Part shown: positions 30,701-34,486 of the stretch, in pieces
Position numbering within the stretch: the stretch's first letter is position 1
Layout: each line of letters opens with the position of its first letter
The notes under the pieces: generated by a model
Told to the model about the DNA's origin: nothing
Databases searched by the model: none
The model's input: only the letters and a program-made list of their open reading frames with translations
Position numbers and translations under genes: made by a program
Origin: a virus
DNA length: 34,486 nt
Direction: 5' to 3' (one strand)
Virus record (IMG/VR): IMGVR_UViG_3300003779_000001
Location: 1-34,486 of that record

Positions 30701-30728
30701 CCGTCTGGACATGAACGATCCGGCTCAC
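27723..30728 (-). CDS. Tail tubular protein B (T7 gp12-like nozzle) with a ~235-aa LamG/ConA-like insertion
   Basis: The N-terminus VQTDFTVGEVDPRATSRIDLKQYFSGLARAENVVVIPQGGVKRRPGLRY has the gp12 pattern. The C-terminus is IEYGWNFDVHLETLP...TQTVPLPMTLTAL. The GTG start overlaps the upstream stop as GTGA. 1001 aa, versus ~790 for typical gp12 as I recall it. Confidence 0.85.
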   Translation of the reverse strand: MSRIVHVQTDFTVGEVDPRATSRIDLKQYFSGLARAENVVVIPQGGVKRRPGLRYIYTLSDGSTRFDTFTPRFVPFDFNVEDHYMLVFAPIGAANAVGVDAKKVGMYVFRPAIQATGVEEDEHVPNLVFMSDVDDPDDSAVVDVGTAYLEIEGLSVDQLEDMKFAQAADTLIIVHADMHPIRIVRGNRHNRWAVDTIDFSITPVVREHFPEDELEPNATLKLERTDVDGFFRAHLDGQPGKIIKVETIDREPADLVAFDEDAATLIGSRIVLTDGGSLRITQKVDGNTCLAEVVDAVTQGEYSYQDWKKLIQRAVPVLTGGDSATGPQWPRSVCFHEGRLWLGGTRSKPSIIFGSRIGDFTDFGLGGGLDDDGIVVEIVSTTLNDVVDLYSGGNLQIFTTGGEFYIPQTGQFEAITPSNIAIRAAGHAGKDQHTPVAGIGVSTLFIQRGGKALRELIYSDENNAYLSHPLSLLATHMINDPVTLAILPSFEGEGERVMIVNGDGTLAVFTLQKSQNLVGATRWTTRGEFKMISVVDDNVYVLVKRPKYAVGGGINAYQWTVEVFKKDYRLDLAGKVTDPEEYRVGLTPIPERLQNTKASFIVNDRVRTIENIGATYAFYDTPIRSRSYQYKRGDTAFEIEDAMHILDHGPNQDFTVICKFVRLPWVEDSDDDDDDDDDDDDDTDTAEWIDPVSINPKWRQVLIQMHNRPSGTKVLGYRWEIRLQHSENNPDEVRAAIYIDGVGQAAVSARNETVLEENVAYYLAFTWDRDGDCYLWVKVADTPEVAGGIADEPGHLTLSTTFGSADFSSQTPAPGAKVFVGGDPENLPDIYSGPLADDLGRPQVHKVVGNISDIRFYDRAFSMAEVQSMSEINPEAWILPGYAPPGHPIEYGWNFDVHLETLPVEPQVHDPSTMGIKKRVVEVNARVVDTQSLTINDVELPFDSLRTGSVSGIDGPVQKFTGVKTEGPFFGYDSYGIIKITQTVPLPMTLTALDYKISLGR
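28683..28721 (-). repeat. (GAY)13 tract encoding 13 consecutive Asp inside the LamG-like insertion
   Basis: The minus strand reads gat gac gac gac gat gat gat gac gac gac gat gat gat, in the context WVEDS-D13-TDTAEW. Confidence 0.95.
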
Positions 30729-31384
30729 AAGCGCACCCGAAGCAAGGAATCATCGCTGACATATTTGGTCTGACGGTTCTGACTGTCCATGAAGGCGGCA
30801 AGGCGAAAGAATCCGCCGCGCATGTTCTCGCCCTCCGTCCCAACCGCTATTCGCTTATAATATTTCGCCTTGTCAAGCTGGTCGGTCACGGCCTCGGCAA
30901 TGTTCCACGCCATCATGTACTTCAGCAGCTGAACGAAGAACGGCGGCATGTAAGCTTCTGGCGTGCGGTATTGATATTCAATGATGATCGTTTTGTAATC
31001 AGAGATCAAATAGTCGCCAAAAACCGTCCAGCCTTCCGCGATCGGACAGGCGTCCTTGTCCGTCGTGTTGAAAACGGCCCAAACATTATTGATGCGGTTT
31101 GAAGGCAGCGTGAACACACGGCTGCCCGTGGAGAGCGCAATGGGATGAAGAGCACTGTTGATACTGACAGCGTCCAGACTCGATAATTGCGATAACCTTA
31201 CCCGCGTGAAGGAAAAAGACCACGGATACATGCCGATGGCACTGTCGCGCACATCGTCATAGACGGCATTGCTGAACCGGGCCGCCGGGGGAATCTCGGC
31301 ACCGGTAAGGGCCGTAAGCGCCTTGCCTCCCAGCAACTGGTTGGCCTCTGAGCAGATCGAGAGCTTGCTGTCGTCGGCTGCCAT
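30725..31384 (-). CDS. Tail tubular protein A (T7 gp11-like gatekeeper/adaptor)
   Basis: 219 aa. ICSEANQLLGGKALTALTG...AVYDDVRDSAIGMYPWSFSF matches the gp11 N-terminal pattern. It lies immediately upstream of the gp12-like gene. Confidence 0.8.
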   Translation of the reverse strand: MAADDSKLSICSEANQLLGGKALTALTGAEIPPAARFSNAVYDDVRDSAIGMYPWSFSFTRVRLSQLSSLDAVSINSALHPIALSTGSRVFTLPSNRINNVWAVFNTTDKDACPIAEGWTVFGDYLISDYKTIIIEYQYRTPEAYMPPFFVQLLKYMMAWNIAEAVTDQLDKAKYYKRIAVGTEGENMRGGFFRLAAFMDSQNRQTKYVSDDSLLRVRL

Positions 31385-31397
31385 GATTATAAACCTA

Positions 31398-31796
31398 TTA
31401 CGGCAAACGGAATAAGTCGGTTAACGTCACCTTATCCCTCTTGCCGGAATAGTCGACGAGCGGGTCATCGGCACCGTCTTTTATATACTCGCTGACGTAG
31501 TAAAGAACCACGTGCGGAGCAGACGGATCAATGGAGGTCGATAAAATAAGGTCTCCCCTCCTGACGGGAGTATTCGGTATGCTAAGGGCGAAAGATGGGA
31601 TATCGGCGTGCCGGACAACACCGCCCCTCCAAAAAGGAGCCGTATAAAAAAATAAATAAGCGGCCCGCTTGTGCGATGTATTGCTCGGATCGGCCTCATG
31701 GGCCATGCGATGAAGACCCCGAATATCGAACAGGAGAAACCCGTTACCGGTGTCGTACCACCTGCCGTTCGAGTATTCCCAGAGTGCCGTTGCCAC
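31398..31796 (-). CDS. Small virion-module protein, paralog 3 of 3 (132 aa, N-terminally extended)
   Basis: GTG start. It shares FDI.GL....E..PSNTSH.R....F.Y and NTPVRRGDLILST..VVLYYVSEY with the two upstream genes. Confidence 0.6.
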   Translation of the reverse strand: MATALWEYSNGRWYDTGNGFLLFDIRGLHRMAHEADPSNTSHKRAAYLFFYTAPFWRGGVVRHADIPSFALSIPNTPVRRGDLILSTSIDPSAPHVVLYYVSEYIKDGADDPLVDYSGKRDKVTLTDLFRLP

Positions 31797-31826
31797 AGCT
31801 TATTACCCCCGCACAGCTACATAACG

Positions 31827-32135
31827 TTAGGGCCAATCAGCCATCTTTTCCAGCTGGACATGATCATTGCCGCCAGGCGTGTCGGCCTTCGTGTACTCTT
31901 CCACCCAGTACAAGGTCACTTTCTTGGACGCCGAGCTATCGCCGGTTACGGTCGATAGAATAATGTCACCTCTCCTGACAGGCGTGTCCGGCACTTCAAG
32001 CCCCGTATCGGGGATCACGCTATCGTCGTCTCCCTGTGTCGAATAGAGAAACATCCGGACCGGCCGCTGATGCGATGTATTGCTCGGACGAGTCTCCCAA
32101 CCGAGAAGCTGCAAGCCGCAAATATCAAAAGCCAT
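31827..32135 (-). CDS. Small virion-module protein, paralog 2 of 3 (102 aa)
   Basis: MAFDICGLQLLGWETRPSNTSHQRPVRMFLYSTQGDDDS...DTPVRRGDIILSTVTGDS..VTLYWVEEY aligns along its length with the 32143..32490 product. Confidence 0.7.
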   Translation of the reverse strand: MAFDICGLQLLGWETRPSNTSHQRPVRMFLYSTQGDDDSVIPDTGLEVPDTPVRRGDIILSTVTGDSSASKKVTLYWVEEYTKADTPGGNDHVQLEKMADWP

Positions 32136-32142
32136 GGTCCGA

Positions 32143-32490
32143 TCACGTCACCGCGGTCGACGTCCACTTATCGAGCCGACCCAAGGTAACCGTGTCCTTG
32201 CGATCGTTCTCGGCGGCGGCGTCGGGATCGCCCGCCGTATAGCCAGACACCCAAAAGAGGGCCGCCCTGGCGCTCCCGTCGCTGGTGCCGGAGTCGCCGG
32301 TCACGACCGACAGGATGACATCTCCCTTGCGAACAGGCGTGTTCTCCACCTTCAGATTACCAGGAGTGATCTCACTGGTATCGTCTCCCTGCGCCGTATA
32401 AATGAACAGCCGGACGGGCCGCTCGTTCACCGTATTGCTCGTCGCCGTTTCCCAGCCGACAAGATGCAAAGCATTGATATCAAAAGCCAT
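32143..32490 (-). CDS. Small virion-module protein, paralog 1 of 3 (115 aa)
   Basis: GGAG lies 6 nt before the ATG. MAFDINALHLVGWETATSNTVNERPVRLFIYTAQGDDTS...NTPVRKGDVILSVVTGDS. It lies directly after the capsid gene. Confidence 0.7.
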   Translation of the reverse strand: MAFDINALHLVGWETATSNTVNERPVRLFIYTAQGDDTSEITPGNLKVENTPVRKGDVILSVVTGDSGTSDGSARAALFWVSGYTAGDPDAAAENDRKDTVTLGRLDKWTSTAVT

Positions 32491-32506
32491 AACTTACTCC
32501 GTATGA

Positions 32507-33340
32507 TTAGGTTACCGTCCAACGAGCGGCATAAATGCCATCAGGATCGATCCCCACCGCGCCGGCGGAAAACATCGATGCCACGAGATATGACGTTTTC
32601 TCCGGCACGTAATCGATTTTCGTCGTCATGTCCATCGCCGTGCCAAGACCGATAGCATTCTTGTGCCATGCATACATATCGACCCAAGTCGACGGATCGG
32701 CGTCGTGCCTCGGCAAACCGCCCTCGCTACGATCTCCGATACAAACGATTTTCATGCCGAGATACGTATTGAGCTCGCCGGAGACCAGGGCTTTAACGGT
32801 ATGATAATCGGACGAAGTCACCGTCGCAAGCTCCAGAAGCTTCGCCAGATGTTCAGCATGAATCAGGCACGTCCGGTCCTCATGCGGGACATTCTTCTTA
32901 TCGAGAGCGGTCTTGGCCTTGATGAACTCCCCCAGATCAATAGTTTGTGCCGTCAGGGTCGCGGTATTGGCGCTCGTGAGCGCATCGATGATGACCTGGT
33001 CCATCCGCCGCCCGATGGCACCGGCGACGACCGTGACGAGCTCGTTGCGCTCGTCCCAATTGATGTGACTCTGATTGAAGATGTCACTGAATTCCGCAGC
33101 AATCCAATCGTCGAGCGTCGCCGTCACCTGGGCATGGTCCACATGCATCGGCATGACATCGACCATGGGCGAGCGCCTGCTCGCGACACCCTCCCCAAGG
33201 GTCGGAAACTTGACCGTCTTCGCCCCCTGCGCGCTTTTCTCTCGAACGGTCCCGGCGAGAGCCCGCTGGGCCTGATAAGCATGTTTAACCTCTGTGTCGA
33301 ACAGAGTGACAAAAGCTTTGCTAACACTCGAAACTGCCAC
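32507..33340 (-). CDS. Major capsid protein (HK97-fold, short podovirus type)
   Basis: GTG start with AGGAGA 7 nt upstream. FVTLFDTEVKHAYQAQRALAGTVR...GAIGRRMDQVIIDAL fits the f...v..ayQ...L...vr ... alGR..D..ii.A capsid pattern. It follows the scaffold gene. Confidence 0.8.
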   Translation of the reverse strand: MAVSSVSKAFVTLFDTEVKHAYQAQRALAGTVREKSAQGAKTVKFPTLGEGVASRRSPMVDVMPMHVDHAQVTATLDDWIAAEFSDIFNQSHINWDERNELVTVVAGAIGRRMDQVIIDALTSANTATLTAQTIDLGEFIKAKTALDKKNVPHEDRTCLIHAEHLAKLLELATVTSSDYHTVKALVSGELNTYLGMKIVCIGDRSEGGLPRHDADPSTWVDMYAWHKNAIGLGTAMDMTTKIDYVPEKTSYLVASMFSAGAVGIDPDGIYAARWTVT

Positions 33341-33434
33341 GAAATTATCTCCTGATCACAAAATAGAGCGGAAATAATACCGCACTGAAACGGCTGCGTC
33401 TAGAAGACATGACTTATGTCCTACAGAAGCTTTA

Positions 33435-34202
33435 CTACTCGTCTTCATCAAAAAACCGTTTAAACGCATCCTCGACCCGCCTCGTGTAAATCATATCAAC
33501 GCCATAACGCTTATCCGCAACCATAGCATCGAGATCTTCACGATCACGAAGGGCGCTCGTCTCGGAGGCGGGCGTGTCAGGAATTCCGGGGCTCCTATAG
33601 GCATTGCGAATCTTCTGCAATGCCCGAACGCCATCCGCCGTCTTGACCCCGCTCACCAACGCATTCGCCTCTTCGACAGAAATGTCCTTCGAATCAACCA
33701 GCTTGCCAAGCCACCGGTTCACCTCCCCGATAACATTGTCCGCCCCCGGCCCCAGGAGCTCCCGCTCCCGCCTTGCATTCCCCTCAAGCTCATCCACTAC
33801 GCCGAGATACAAACGCATCCCGTCATCATACATCTCTTGAGTGAACCGATGCTTGCGCGCGAGCTCGGTGTACTCGGACAGCTTCTCATCCTCAGCGTCA
33901 ATCCCCATCTCCGCCGTGAGATCGGAAGCGTAAACACCGTCTTCCGGAATGCCCGCATCCCTTTCGGAAACCTGTTTTTCCAAGTCCAGGTACGCCGCCC
34001 CTAACCCTTTGGTGTCAATCCCGCGCTCATCAGACCAAAACTTTTCAGGGATATACTCGGGCCGGGTGGCGGGAGCATCCTCAGGAGCGGCATCAGAGGG
34101 TTTGCCCTCTGTAGCCGTATCGGCAACACCGTTATCGGCGGGACTCAATAACGTTTCAGCAGGAGTGTCCTCAGTATTCACAGACGCTTCTTCGGGCACC
34201 AC
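33435..34202 (-). CDS. Scaffolding protein (T7 gp9-like)
   Basis: Acidic 255-aa protein. PEYIPEKFWSDERGIDTKGLGAAYLDLEKQV resembles the scaffold IPEKF....L.ksY.eLEk motif. There are two adjacent GTG codons (34202, 34199) after GGGAGA. It is the first gene of the late operon. Confidence 0.7.
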   Translation of the reverse strand: MVPEEASVNTEDTPAETLLSPADNGVADTATEGKPSDAAPEDAPATRPEYIPEKFWSDERGIDTKGLGAAYLDLEKQVSERDAGIPEDGVYASDLTAEMGIDAEDEKLSEYTELARKHRFTQEMYDDGMRLYLGVVDELEGNARRERELLGPGADNVIGEVNRWLGKLVDSKDISVEEANALVSGVKTADGVRALQKIRNAYRSPGIPDTPASETSALRDREDLDAMVADKRYGVDMIYTRRVEDAFKRFFDEDE

Positions 34203-34232
34203 AATCTCCCTTTCATCATATGACGAACAAAC

Positions 34233-34260
34233 ATTATCAATCTATTGCCCAGACGGTCAA
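34233..34260 (-). promoter_or_regulatory. Candidate sigma70-type late-operon promoter TTGACC-16-GATAAT
   Basis: On the minus strand: TTGACC (34260..34255), a 16-nt spacer, GATAAT (34238..34233). It sits ~25 nt upstream of the scaffold RBS/start. Confidence 0.55.
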
Positions 34261-34273
34261 GCCAGTGTATAAT
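34245..34273 (+). promoter_or_regulatory. Candidate rightward promoter TTGCCC-17-TATAAT, back-to-back with the late promoter
   Basis: TTGCCC (34245..34250), a 17-nt spacer, then a perfect TATAAT (34268..34273). Its -35 region overlaps the -35 region of the leftward promoter. Confidence 0.55.
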
Positions 34274-34279
34274 CACCAT

Positions 34280-34364
34280 CTCGCCATCGATGGTTAGCCG
34301 CATCGATCATACCCTCCCTGACCAAACTGGTCCTCCCTTCCTCCCAAGGGAGGACCTCTTTTTT
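34280..34364 (+). ncRNA. Candidate ~85-nt small RNA delimited by the orphan promoter and orphan terminator
   Basis: There is no plausible + strand CDS. The predicted RNA has a 5' hairpin (atcgatgg/ttag/ccgcatcgat), a single-stranded C/U-rich stretch (acccucccug), and a terminator hairpin whose loop contains CCUCC. Confidence 0.4.
34329..34364 (+). terminator. Rho-independent terminator on the + strand
   Basis: ggtcctccct / tcctccca / agggaggacc followed by TCTTTTTT. In the minus orientation no U-tract follows. Confidence 0.7.
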
Positions 34365-34387
34365 GGCATCCCAGTAGTATTTCGACC

Positions 34388-34486
34388 GACTGTTAGCCAA
34401 ACTCGTTTTCCCGAAGTCGATCCAGGTACTCGTTCACGGGGTAGCCCTCGGTAAACTCACTGTCCTCGATCTTGTCGAGGTCCACC
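34388..34486. repeat. Terminal direct repeat copy 2 (identical to 1..99)
   Basis: See copy 1. It duplicates the 3' end of the 6..446(-) gene. Confidence 0.95.

Noticed and set aside
31398-32490. RGD tripeptide conserved in paralogs 2 and 3 (VRRGD), and also present in the nozzle protein (KRGD), as a cell-attachment motif
   Set aside because: Integrin-type RGD recognition is a eukaryotic phenomenon. Paralog 1 has KGD. The tripeptide is better treated as part of a conserved structural core.
34257-34310. 17-codon minus-strand mini-ORF (MIDAANHRWRDGDYTLA*) after a GGGAGGG motif
   Set aside because: The SD-like motif ends only 1 nt before the ATG, which is too close. The ORF overlaps the late promoter -35. 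It is more economically explained as the complement of the C-rich candidate sRNA.
1-34486. tRNA, rRNA or tmRNA genes
   Set aside because: I saw no cloverleaf-like or rRNA-like sequence in the few non-coding gaps, all of which are under 200 bp. This is a by-eye judgement, and tRNAscan-SE/ARAGORN should confirm it.

Overview
The window is one closed circle. Bases 1..99 are identical to 34388..34486, so the unit genome is 34,387 bp. It is a complete tailed-phage genome with a T7-like (podovirus) virion module, but I find no phage RNA polymerase or DNA polymerase. The promoters I can see are host sigma70-type.

Layout:
(i) A leftward early/replication operon, 4242->6: winged-helix protein, Cys-rich protein, 35-aa TM peptide, an SSB-like protein ending in DDEIPF, a Toprim primase-helicase, and a 146-aa unknown.
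(ii) A rightward block, 4401->10424, fired from a consensus TTGACA-17-TATAAA promoter: a 15 x 10-aa repeat protein, an XRE regulator, an IS1595-type Zn-ribbon remnant, TerS, TerL, a GNAT-like protein, a second XRE protein, a small protein, and the portal.
(iii) A long leftward late block, 34202->14557: scaffold, major capsid, three tandem paralogous small proteins, tail tubular A, tail tubular B carrying a LamG-like insertion, five internal-virion-region proteins including a PD-(D/E)XK nuclease, a T7 gp17-N-like fibre adaptor, and three fibre/receptor-binding proteins.
(iv) A low-GC accessory island, 14556->12011: HigA-like protein with a HigB stub, a tail-anchored membrane protein, a serine recombinase on the + strand, and two single-chain tandem-RHH paralogs.
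(v) Holliday-junction resolvase, a conserved phage protein, a GTA-type 3TM holin and a GH24 endolysin, 11983->10425.

The host is probably an alphaproteobacterium. This is inference only, from the holin family and from my recollection that alphaproteobacterial SSBs end in DDEIPF.

Most interesting leads:
- the strongly promoted early decapeptide-repeat protein plus XRE pair, a candidate host-takeover/anti-defence operon;
- a 1.5-kb recombinase cassette bounded by short direct and inverted motifs;
- back-to-back promoters plus an orphan terminator that define a candidate ~85-nt sRNA in front of the late operon;
- a nuclease translationally coupled inside the ejection-protein operon;
- poly-Asp tracts inserted in two receptor-binding-type domains;
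- a fibre shaft of 56 in-register decapeptide repeats;
- three tandem paralogs between the capsid and tail genes.

All family assignments come from motif recognition by eye, with no database search. ORF coordinates include the stop codon.
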